Positions 1-8,682 of a DNA stretch of 64,000 nucleotides are shown here, in pieces. Origin of the DNA: a virus. Lineage: Duplodnaviria; Caudoviricetes. The translations under genes were made by a program, and so were the position numbers. Location: positions 64,001-128,000 of IMG/VR virus record IMGVR_UViG_3300031555_004710. One strand, given 5' to 3'. The notes under the pieces were generated by a model. The model ran no database searches, was not told the origin of the DNA, and worked only from the letters and a program-made list of their open reading frames with translations. Every line of letters starts with the position of its first letter. Position 1 is the stretch's first letter.

Positions 1-786
1 AATTCCACTTTCAGTAGCTATTTCGGATTTACTAACTTCGGTTGATAGTGATTCTAAGAGATTGAAAAATTCCGTATAATCTTTTTCCACTATCTTAATA
101 TAATTTACATTCGACAATGATTTCATCAACTTATCTTTTTGTAATTCTTTAACTTTGTCAATCTTAAGAAGTTTTGGATGCATGTTAGTATTTTGCTTTA
201 TCTCAATTTCAAGATTAAGTGATGGAATATATGCGTCAGGAATAAAGAAATGTTTACCTTCATTTTCAATATCATTTGGATTTTTATAATCATATTCGTA
301 TGTGTGAGGAGAAGGCATCATTATTCCATCTGGGTCGAATTTTAAAAATCTATCAAGCATTATTAAAAAATCTTTTTCATAAGATCCAACATATCCTATT
401 TGCTTACCATTAGCAAATGTGTATTTTCCAGAAATTCTTCTACCAGCAAGCATTTTTCTCTGTTGCTCTGGGTCATTTAATAGGGTTTCTTTTCCATATT
501 TATTTATCATTCTGGATTTAAATTTTTCACGATATTTTTCTTTACATTCTGGATTATCACAAAATCTTTCATACTTCTGAGTAGTTTCATTCCAGTTCGT
601 ATCTTTCTTACATTCAATACAAACTCCATGAGTTTTATTAGTCAAAATATAATAGAAGTATCTAGAATATGACCATCCCAATGGAATTAATTCTGGATGA
701 GTATTTGCAACATGATTCCCCCATGTTTGCAATGATTTATATTTAACTCCACAATGAGGACATTTATAAGATTTAACTTTTTGCAT
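1..786 (-). CDS. Zn-finger plus PD-(D/E)XK (TnsA/T4 gp4-like) nuclease-domain protein, 3' end beyond window
   Basis: Not in ORF track (runs off edge). Translates MQKVKSYKCPHCGVKYKSLQTWGNHVANTH (C2H2), CIEC..FCDNPEC, GSYEKDF, FFIPDAYIPSLNLEIEIK; GGTGA SD; AACA-N6-TA promoter at 822-833. Confidence 0.7.
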   Translation of the reverse strand, partial: MQKVKSYKCPHCGVKYKSLQTWGNHVANTHPELIPLGWSYSRYFYYILTNKTHGVCIECKKDTNWNETTQKYERFCDNPECKEKYREKFKSRMINKYGKETLLNDPEQQRKMLAGRRISGKYTFANGKQIGYVGSYEKDFLIMLDRFLKFDPDGIMMPSPHTYEYDYKNPNDIENEGKHFFIPDAYIPSLNLEIEIKQNTNMHPKLLKIDKVKELQKDKLMKSLSNVNYIKIVEKDYTEFFNLLESLSTEVSKSEIATESGI

Positions 787-821
787 TATTTTCACCGTCC
801 TATAATACTATTTGTTATTAT

Positions 822-833
822 TAAAAATCTGTT
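822..833 (-). promoter_or_regulatory. late-type promoter AACA-N6-TA
   Basis: AACAgattttTA on minus strand between terminator and the 786 start. Confidence 0.55.
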
Positions 834-843
834 AAATGGACAC

Positions 844-875
844 AAAAAAGAAGAGGTTATTTCCTCTTCTTTTTT
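844..875. terminator. bidirectional intrinsic terminator
   Basis: AAAAAAGAAGAGG/CCTCTTCTTTTTT inverted repeat. Confidence 0.8.
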
Positions 876-881
876 ATTTAG

Positions 882-1421
882 TTACGATTTCTTAAATTTC
901 CTCTTAGCCTTCTTAAATCTAGTTTCGGCTTCGCTAATCATATATATCATTTTCTTTATGCTATCAGACATAAAGTTATGAACATATAACGGCCCAAATA
1001 AATGCATGTTGCTATGAGTGCCAATTGTTGGGTATGCGAAATTGAAATCAAATATAAGTTTATAATCCCCTTTAAATGTAGTTGCCCCATATATAGTATT
1101 ATTTTGTACACATTCCATCATTGATTGAAACCTTACATGATATGAAGGATTTGATGTTACATACTCCATAAAATAACCCATTAAAATCTCATCAAAATTT
1201 TGGTCGGGCTTAAAAATAATCGTAAACACATTGTCTATTATACTCATAGAATCAGGTATTAACCTCAAATGAGTAAACCGATTTATTAACTTTGAAAATT
1301 TAGCAGGTATTAAATATTCTCCAGTATCAGTTTCTTTACTATCTTTTCTAATAAGTGTAAATTTTTGTGAGTTATCGATGTTGACAGCAACAAGTGTTTT
1401 TAATTTCTTTTTCTTAGACAT
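882..1421 (-). CDS. hypothetical protein
   Basis: 179-aa ORF, AAGGAG SD, upstream TATATTGT early-like motif. Confidence 0.8.
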   Translation of the reverse strand: MSKKKKLKTLVAVNIDNSQKFTLIRKDSKETDTGEYLIPAKFSKLINRFTHLRLIPDSMSIIDNVFTIIFKPDQNFDEILMGYFMEYVTSNPSYHVRFQSMMECVQNNTIYGATTFKGDYKLIFDFNFAYPTIGTHSNMHLFGPLYVHNFMSDSIKKMIYMISEAETRFKKAKRKFKKS

Positions 1422-1514
1422 ATTTTATTATCTCCTTTAATGTAATAGTGATTAAATTATATTATTAATCACTATTACAATATATCACTGAAATACAATT
1501 ACACTTTACTAGAT

Positions 1515-4181
1515 TTAATAAAGTTGCATTGTCGACTGATTCGGATATGAATCTATTATTTCTGGAGTTGTCATTATAATATTTACAGGTAAACCACTCT
1601 GCTGGAAAATATCATTATGAGTTATTAAGAATACTTGCTCAGTACCAAGTGCCTGCATTTGTTTCGCTAGTATCATTATAAACTTCTCTCTATCAGCTTT
1701 ATAGATACTATTATCAATTTCATCCAATAGCATTATATTATAATCAAACATACTTTTTCTACAAAGAGCAAATGATAGTGCAATACTTATGACTGCCTGT
1801 TGACCTTGCGAAGCTAATTCAATATCCGAAACTTCATTTCCATTAATTTTATATGGTATCTTAAACTCATTACTTGATTCAGATATATCAAAGTTTACTA
1901 TTTCTAATTCATCTTCAAATATATCTGATATCAAATCATTAATGATTTCTTTACATTCATCTAGGAATACTTTTACCATTATTAACGGAATACCTTCCTT
2001 AGATGAGACTGCATCAAGTATTAATTTTAATGTATTTCTCTCATCTAAATATTCCTGATAAGATGATTTTGTTGAAGCTATATCTTGGAGTTGCATCTTT
2101 AATTTCATGGCCTTATTATTAGTCTCGGTATATATCATTTCTAATGAACTAGCTTCAGCCTCAAATATTTTCATATTCTGAATATTGGAACTAACTTTAG
2201 AAATCTTTTCAGTAATTTCTGCTAACTCTTTAGTATTCATTTCTATTGAATTAATTAATTCTTTTTTCTGAATATGATAATCTCCAGCATGTTGTAATAA
2301 AGCTAATCGTTTTTCAATACTATCTTTTTCACTTATTAACTCTTGATGAGTTTTCTGTTTATCACTCAATGTTTCTAATATAACTTCAGCATCCTTTTCC
2401 AAATCGGCTAATTCTATCTTCTTCATTTCAATATCAGTATTTTGAAGAGCTAGAATTTCATTTTCAGTTTTATAATATTCATTCTGAAGTTGCTCAAAAT
2501 CTTCTTTCATCTTTTCTTTCTCAGTTATATTAATTAATTTATCGTAATCATACCAATTACTTCTTGCATCGATAGAAGTAAGTAATCGATATAAATTTCT
2601 CTCATTTAATATTCCAAGAGTATCTAAGATAGAAGAAACTTTTTCCCACATCTTTTTCAAAAACTGCATTTTTGGATACTGAGTAATATATTCTTCATGA
2701 ATTGCTATTTCAACATCAAGAGCATCTATCTGATTTTTAATATCCATTATAGAATCATTTCTAGGGTCTTTACTCGCATTCTTAATAATTTGTGGATGAG
2801 ATTGTATGAATGGACAACTTTCAGTAGGACACATTGGGGGTCGATATAATGGTATTGGGCTTTCATATTCTGAAGAAAATTTAATATTAGAAAGAAGTTT
2901 TTGTAAATTAACCTGCCTTCCTATAAGTATATTTAATTTCTTTTTTGCCCAAGGAATTATAGTCGAATCAGAATTATATAATTTTCCAATAACTTCTCTT
3001 CGATTTAAACACATTTCCTCCATTATCATATCAAAATTTTTAATTACTTCAGGTAAACTAACAAGATATGAATAGGTATAACTACATTGAAAACCTTCTA
3101 GCATTCTTATACTATCATGATATTTAGTTTTAATATCATATGCTTTTTTCTGTAATTCAGCTAGCTGACTATCATTATTTTGTATTAATAGAAATTCTTT
3201 AATTTTATTACATCTAGTTTGATTATCAGAATACGATGTTTGCAGATTTAAAATATTCTCATGTATAGAATTTATCTTTGCCGATAACTCTCCATACTTA
3301 ATAGAAATATCTTGCATATTTTCAGTAGGAATATTTAATAGAATTTCTTCTATTTCTCCCAATTCATTCTTATCAGCTTCAATTTTATCTTCTATACTTT
3401 TAGAAAGTAATATTAAACTATCGGCCGATTCTTTTCCTATCATCGCGCTATTCATGCCTTGTAACTTAGCAATCTCGGCTTTAGCTTTATCTATCTTTTT
3501 ACGTAAATCAAATAAGCCATCTTCCAATTCTTCCAATTCTGCCTTTATCGAATTTTCATTATCTGAAGATAATCCTACTAATTTATTGGATAGTACTGAT
3601 AAAGCACTATTCATATTACGATAATCTTCCGAAAGCTTCTGATGTAGCATTGTATATATTTCAGTATCTTTTAACAGTGATGCAATAAATGATTTTCTTT
3701 CAGTTGACTTCATGTTTATTAGATTTGCAACATTTGGTCCTAATCTCAGAAGTCTTAAGAAATTTTGGTCTATGCCAAATTCAGTACGAATAATTTCTTT
3801 AAAAGTTCGAATATTTCCATTCTCATTTAATTCATTACCATTTAATTGAATAAACGATTTTGTAGAATGAGTTTGACCATTTTTATTCCAAGTATATTTA
3901 TGCTGTATAGTATAAATATTTCCATTATGAATATACTCAATTTCTTTTAATCCATCTTCTCCTGGAATAATTAATCCTTCTTGATTTCGAATATCTAAAG
4001 TCCCATACGTTGAAAATGGTTGTAGATGACCCAATATACTAGATTTCCCACTACCCATTTTCCCTATAAATATATTAATCTTTTGATTATTTTTAGAAAG
4101 ATTTAGTTCAATTTCATGCTTATGCATTCCTGCATATATATGAATAAAATTCTTTAAATAAAGTCTAGTTATTTTCCACAT
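1515..4181 (-). CDS. sbcC: SbcC/Rad50 (T4 gp46-like) SMC-family ATPase
   Basis: Walker A GKMGSGKS, long coiled coil with central CPTESCP hook-like motif, signature ASQGQ, Walker B MLLDEID, ITH; start placed at ATG 4181 after GAAAGGA. Confidence 0.9.
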   Translation of the reverse strand: MWKITRLYLKNFIHIYAGMHKHEIELNLSKNNQKINIFIGKMGSGKSSILGHLQPFSTYGTLDIRNQEGLIIPGEDGLKEIEYIHNGNIYTIQHKYTWNKNGQTHSTKSFIQLNGNELNENGNIRTFKEIIRTEFGIDQNFLRLLRLGPNVANLINMKSTERKSFIASLLKDTEIYTMLHQKLSEDYRNMNSALSVLSNKLVGLSSDNENSIKAELEELEDGLFDLRKKIDKAKAEIAKLQGMNSAMIGKESADSLILLSKSIEDKIEADKNELGEIEEILLNIPTENMQDISIKYGELSAKINSIHENILNLQTSYSDNQTRCNKIKEFLLIQNNDSQLAELQKKAYDIKTKYHDSIRMLEGFQCSYTYSYLVSLPEVIKNFDMIMEEMCLNRREVIGKLYNSDSTIIPWAKKKLNILIGRQVNLQKLLSNIKFSSEYESPIPLYRPPMCPTESCPFIQSHPQIIKNASKDPRNDSIMDIKNQIDALDVEIAIHEEYITQYPKMQFLKKMWEKVSSILDTLGILNERNLYRLLTSIDARSNWYDYDKLINITEKEKMKEDFEQLQNEYYKTENEILALQNTDIEMKKIELADLEKDAEVILETLSDKQKTHQELISEKDSIEKRLALLQHAGDYHIQKKELINSIEMNTKELAEITEKISKVSSNIQNMKIFEAEASSLEMIYTETNNKAMKLKMQLQDIASTKSSYQEYLDERNTLKLILDAVSSKEGIPLIMVKVFLDECKEIINDLISDIFEDELEIVNFDISESSNEFKIPYKINGNEVSDIELASQGQQAVISIALSFALCRKSMFDYNIMLLDEIDNSIYKADREKFIMILAKQMQALGTEQVFLITHNDIFQQSGLPVNIIMTTPEIIDSYPNQSTMQLY

Positions 4182-4206
4182 AATTTCATCATTTCCTTTC
4201 AATAAA

Positions 4207-4214
4207 ATAATATA
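4207..4214 (-). promoter_or_regulatory. early-type promoter TATATTAT
   Basis: motif just upstream of the sbcC SD. Confidence 0.5.
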
Positions 4215-4274
4215 TTAAAGGATTATTTTTTAAAATAATATAAAAAATGAATACCATAAAATTTATTTCTAAAT

Positions 4275-4286
4275 AACAATATACTA
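4275..4286 (+). promoter_or_regulatory. late-type promoter AACA-N6-TA driving an ORF-free unit
   Basis: AACAatatacTA. Confidence 0.5.
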
Positions 4287-4603
4287 ATGGATCCGAGAAG
4301 TTGATTCATTTCTATTAAATTTTTTAATTTAATAGACATTTCTTATTCTGCATCCGTCTTAAAACGGTAAAAGCTAATTTTTTCTCATTGTTCCCCTTGT
4401 GTTGATAGAGTTTTTTGTTGACATAGGCATGTAAGTCGAAAGTATTTTGCACCACATACGTTCTGCATTGACTATTCAGAGTTTTATGCTAGTATATGGT
4501 AAAAGTACTATAAAATAAGGGTCGTAGAAGAAACCCGTTGTTATCTTCTACGACCCGACCTTTCTGAATCTTTTTTAATGAAGTAGATTACTCTACTTCA
4601 TTA
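4286..4603 (+). ncRNA. candidate structured ncRNA (~320 nt)
   Basis: No SD-led ORF; helices TCTATTAAATT/AATTTAATAGA, ATTCAGA/TCTGAAT enclosing GGGTCGTAGAAGA/TCTTCTACGACCC; bounded by promoter and terminator. Confidence 0.5.
4576..4603. terminator. bidirectional intrinsic terminator
   Basis: TAATGAAGTAGA/TCTACTTCATTA followed by T tract. Confidence 0.75.
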
Positions 4604-4611
4604 TTTTCTTT

Positions 4612-5358
4612 TCAATCAATATTTGCATCAAATACATCCTGAGATGATATGATTAATTCAGAATCCAAAGGATGACCAATTGTTTCTCCTCCAGCTTCTT
4701 CTAATATAATTGTGTATTTTAAATTTAATGCTTCTGTACATCTATCAAATAAAAGCATTGATAGTCTATTAGGACCACGCAATACCTGCTTAGTATTGAA
4801 AAGCATGTTTTTAGAAGCAAATCTTATTTTATATTGATCAAGATCTACACCTTTATTGGTAATTGCTCGTTTAATAAGTTTCTTTAAAATATCGTCATCT
4901 AATGATTCAGGTGGTATTGATGAATGAGATGCGTCTGGTGTATTAAATATAACTATCTCATGATTTAATACAGCATTACGAATTTCATCGGCGTCTTGAC
5001 GAGTTATCTTATTTGCATAACGATATTCTTCAATTTCCTCTGGAGTTTCTGGATGGCATATGACATAGTTGCAACTTTCATCATCGTAGTAAACGCCAGG
5101 GCTTACTTTTTCAAAACCTTTAAGATCAGATAACTTTCCTTTATAGAAGTAATAATAATCTCCATTTAAATAAGCTATAGAAGGATCTAACTCTATACCA
5201 TTATCTAGTTTGAAATTTTTACCTTCATTACCAAAGCCATTGACTGTAAAATCCATTGGGCATAGTAATTTAGTTTGATAGTACTGCTCACCGATTTTTA
5301 ATAATGTGCTATTTGATAAAATTCTATTTGGGTTATCATTTAATAATTCATTTTTCAT
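4612..5358 (-). CDS. hypothetical protein, possible C-terminal XRE-like HTH
   Basis: 248-aa ORF; C-terminal LKKLIKRAITNKGVDL...LSMLLFDRCTEALNL pattern resembles XRE helices. Confidence 0.6.
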   Translation of the reverse strand: MKNELLNDNPNRILSNSTLLKIGEQYYQTKLLCPMDFTVNGFGNEGKNFKLDNGIELDPSIAYLNGDYYYFYKGKLSDLKGFEKVSPGVYYDDESCNYVICHPETPEEIEEYRYANKITRQDADEIRNAVLNHEIVIFNTPDASHSSIPPESLDDDILKKLIKRAITNKGVDLDQYKIRFASKNMLFNTKQVLRGPNRLSMLLFDRCTEALNLKYTIILEEAGGETIGHPLDSELIISSQDVFDANID

Positions 5359-5378
5359 TGATACTTACCTTCACTTTC

Positions 5379-6050
5379 TTAAAATCTAAAATTAGTATTA
5401 TATTGTCTTTGAGCATCCAATCTTTGCTGAACTTGTTCCCTACTTAAAATAGAACCAGTTACCAATGAATGTTGGAAGCATTGCATTGCAAATTGTGTAT
5501 ATGGAATAAAGTTAAAATCTAAAATAAATTTACCAAGACGTTTTAACTGATACTCTTGTAATATTATTCCATTTGCTGCCATATTTATGTAAAATATAAC
5601 TCCTGGAACCATTACATTTTGACCAACTTCTACAACGGTTGGTACTATTTTTAACGCTGTTTTAGCTTTACCATATTCATTAACGCAAATTGCATTTAAT
5701 TTCTGATATTCAGAATTAAACATTAACATATCTTCATCATTTCTACCATAAAGAATTTTCTTATTATCCTCAGTAAACCAAGATAGTGCTTCTCTAAACA
5801 TTTCTTTTACATCATCTAATATATTCTGAGTTATACAAAATGATAGTGCAGCTTGTGCATCTGGGTCTAATGATTGTCTTTCTGAATACTTTACAACTTT
5901 CTGGATATATAATGCCGTAAACGGATAATTTATTTTATATCTAGTATTCAAAGTATCCGTTGTAAATTGTCTCATCCAAAAGGTTACCTCAATATTAGGT
6001 AAATCTAAAGGAATATTAAAAGATATTGGCATTCCCTGATCATTACTCAT
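5379..6050 (-). CDS. hypothetical protein
   Basis: 223-aa ORF coupled to helicase, AAGGAG SD. Confidence 0.8.
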   Translation of the reverse strand: MSNDQGMPISFNIPLDLPNIEVTFWMRQFTTDTLNTRYKINYPFTALYIQKVVKYSERQSLDPDAQAALSFCITQNILDDVKEMFREALSWFTEDNKKILYGRNDEDMLMFNSEYQKLNAICVNEYGKAKTALKIVPTVVEVGQNVMVPGVIFYINMAANGIILQEYQLKRLGKFILDFNFIPYTQFAMQCFQHSLVTGSILSREQVQQRLDAQRQYNTNFRF

Positions 6051-6052
6051 AC

Positions 6053-7543
6053 TTAATCATCTCCTTTACCATGAATGTCTTGATTATACATGAATGTATA
6101 TGGATTATCATTCTTTGCTTTTGTTTCTGTAAGATACGCTAAGCGTATCTTTAATTTTCGTTTGCAATAAGTAAAACCATTATCAACAAACATAAAATAC
6201 ATTGCATCACTGCCATCGGATAATGGTCTAGCTCTACCAGCAGATTGATTGTCCATCACTTTATTACATTGGTTGGTAGATAATACATATTTTATATCTT
6301 TAGCATCCAATCCTGTACTAAATGAACTATATGTTGCAACTATAATATTTGCATTCTTTTTAACATTTTCTTTTTCGGTAGAACTAATATTACCATGAAA
6401 CCTGCCTACAAATAGATTTGGATATTTATTAGTAAGTATTTCATACATCTTATCTACGTGCTCTATATTTGTAAATAGAATTAATGCTCTATGATTCTTA
6501 TCTTTTATAAGAAAAGTATTGAGTACGTAAATAATTGCATCTAATAATATACCTTTTTTGAATTGATACTTCATATATAAATCAGGATTATATCCATATC
6601 TATTAAATGGTTCTTGTTGCTCTAATGCATCTGGATATGTGTTATAATTCATAACTACAAGTTTAGTATATTTCATAGTATTTTGTAGTTCTTTACTAGG
6701 AGTTAATACAGGCACATTTCTAAATATTTCTTTATACATTTTTTCTTTTTCATAACTACCTTGTCCAAAATCAGCAGAAAGATATACTTGATATCTAATA
6801 TTCATCAATGCATTTAACTTAACGATATTACTCACATTTCGATGTGCTTCATCATATATTAAGAATCCTATACCACATAGATTAAATAAATCTGCGATTC
6901 TACTATAATCAGATCTTTTACTCCCAAATCTATCTAGTAACATTGGTGTGCACATAAATATATCATATTCTAATGGATCTACTTTACCAGCAAGAATTTT
7001 GTCAATAATAGAACCTGTAACTCTCAATATTCTTTTCTGGTCAACATCGGTCTTCTCACAATATGCATCATACCATTGTACAAGAATATCATCTGAATAA
7101 CATAATACCCAAGTTTTCAAATTCAATTCAGTACTAAGATAAGTTGCTAATAATGTCTTACCTTGACCAGTTTGTAAATTAATAAACCAAACATTCTCAT
7201 TACTTTTTGTAGCCTCAATTTGTCGAATTATTTGACTTTGACCTTCCCAAAACTTATCAACATTCGTAAGATGAATGTTATTTGTAAAAGATTTACTCTT
7301 AATTATAGGCATCTTTTTAATTTCATATGTTGGAAACATTTTTATCAAATCTGAATATTCTCTATCATATGTCATAAACGATGACTCTCCATGGTACGGA
7401 AGGAGAAATCCTGTATATTCATCCCATCGATGATATACTTTATCGTATAATGCTGTATTATATTCTATAGCGCGACTTTGATGTTTTTTATAGGGAGTAA
7501 TTAAGCATCCTAATTTACTACGATATATAATACTCATAATCAA
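6053..7543 (-). CDS. SF2 DNA/RNA helicase (UvsW-like)
   Basis: motif I LQTGQGKT, motif II DEAH, motif III LSA, TGLD, motif VI QSAGRARP. Confidence 0.9.
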   Translation of the reverse strand: MIMSIIYRSKLGCLITPYKKHQSRAIEYNTALYDKVYHRWDEYTGFLLPYHGESSFMTYDREYSDLIKMFPTYEIKKMPIIKSKSFTNNIHLTNVDKFWEGQSQIIRQIEATKSNENVWFINLQTGQGKTLLATYLSTELNLKTWVLCYSDDILVQWYDAYCEKTDVDQKRILRVTGSIIDKILAGKVDPLEYDIFMCTPMLLDRFGSKRSDYSRIADLFNLCGIGFLIYDEAHRNVSNIVKLNALMNIRYQVYLSADFGQGSYEKEKMYKEIFRNVPVLTPSKELQNTMKYTKLVVMNYNTYPDALEQQEPFNRYGYNPDLYMKYQFKKGILLDAIIYVLNTFLIKDKNHRALILFTNIEHVDKMYEILTNKYPNLFVGRFHGNISSTEKENVKKNANIIVATYSSFSTGLDAKDIKYVLSTNQCNKVMDNQSAGRARPLSDGSDAMYFMFVDNGFTYCKRKLKIRLAYLTETKAKNDNPYTFMYNQDIHGKGDD

Positions 7544-7613
7544 TCACCTCTTCTCATATAAAAAATATACGTATAAATTTTTAAACGTTTAAAAATCTAT
7601 ATTTATAAAAAAA

Positions 7614-7647
7614 TAATGAGGTATAGTTAAAATTCTATACCTCATTA
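7614..7647. terminator. intrinsic terminator
   Basis: TAATGAGGTATAG/CTATACCTCATTA. Confidence 0.75.
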
Positions 7648-7650
7648 ATA

Positions 7651-7989
7651 TTAATACATTGTGACAAAAATCATTACATTATTGTCAATTTGATTCAGTA
7701 TAATATGATTATCAAAATTATTTTCATTAATACCATTTATATTTCCACAAAGTATATCATCATATACTTGTGAAACTGTCATATTTTCAGCAATAAACGT
7801 TCTAGTAGTTCCAGCAACCCAGCCATTTTCACATAAATATTTATCTCCTAAATATGATACGATATCTTTTGAAGTGTCCGTAAATGATTCTTCTGAATAA
7901 CTTAAAATTGAAGCATGATATGAATCATTTATAGATATAGTATCACTTATAACTGGCACAGGATTTGGTGGTGCAATTTCTTTAGCCAT
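7651..7989 (-). CDS. hypothetical protein
   Basis: start re-placed at ATG 7989 (MAKEIAPP) after GGAGG SD. Confidence 0.7.
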   Translation of the reverse strand: MAKEIAPPNPVPVISDTISINDSYHASILSYSEESFTDTSKDIVSYLGDKYLCENGWVAGTTRTFIAENMTVSQVYDDILCGNINGINENNFDNHIILNQIDNNVMIFVTMY

Positions 7990-7990
7990 A

Positions 7991-8617
7991 TTAAATTCCT
8001 CCTTCGACAAGTTTCTTATATCCAACGCTTTGTATAGTTTTTCTTTCATTATATTTACAATCGAAACTATCTTGATAGCGTATAAGTATCTTAATTCTAG
8101 GTTTTATACTATAATACTTTTCTACACGACCAGGATTAATAATGTTATCATTTAGTAATATAACTCCTTGCAAAGCATCGGTATATGTTTTAGCAAGATT
8201 ATCAAAATCTGGAGTTGATATTGGCCTTATTAACCCTTTTTCTGCTAATAGTATCTCCGTATTAGTCATAGAATTAACAGGAGTCGGTTGATAAGTAATC
8301 AATGTAAATTCGCATCTTGTGCAAATAATTCCTTGATTGTGAAGAAATTTACGAAACGTTTTCTTCATTTGACTAGCACCTTTAACATAAAAATGAGAAC
8401 CATCTGTTCTAGGTCTAGGAGTACCTTTTGGTATTAAGTAAAAAGTACATTCTTTCTCAATCCATTTGATTGAGCTTATTCTATTTTCTTCTTCAATAAG
8501 TTTATTATTATCAATTCTCATTGTACTTTCAAGATATTTAACTAATTCTTCCTGAGTATCAGGATATATTGAATACATCGATCTATATTCATAATTATCC
8601 GGTTTATATATTTCCAT
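7991..8617 (-). CDS. rusA: RusA-like Holliday junction resolvase
   Basis: PKGTPRPR, PDFDNLAK..DAL.G..LNDN motifs of the RusA family. Confidence 0.85.
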   Translation of the reverse strand: MEIYKPDNYEYRSMYSIYPDTQEELVKYLESTMRIDNNKLIEEENRISSIKWIEKECTFYLIPKGTPRPRTDGSHFYVKGASQMKKTFRKFLHNQGIICTRCEFTLITYQPTPVNSMTNTEILLAEKGLIRPISTPDFDNLAKTYTDALQGVILLNDNIINPGRVEKYYSIKPRIKILIRYQDSFDCKYNERKTIQSVGYKKLVEGGI

Positions 8618-8619
8618 AA

Positions 8620-8667
8620 ATAACTCACCATTCCTTATAATTATTAATATAAGGTTTGGTGAGTTAT
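8620..8667 (-). promoter_or_regulatory. SD-sequestering hairpin with an internal late-like promoter upstream of rusA
   Basis: ATAACTCACCA/TGGTGAGTTAT plus CCTTATA/TATAAGG; AACC-N6-TA at 8645-8656. Confidence 0.55.
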
Positions 8668-8682
8668 AGTTATTTATATTTT

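Noticed and set aside
754-981. 75-aa plus-strand hydrophobic ORF
   Set aside because: Overlaps two minus-strand genes and a terminator; AT-rich artefact
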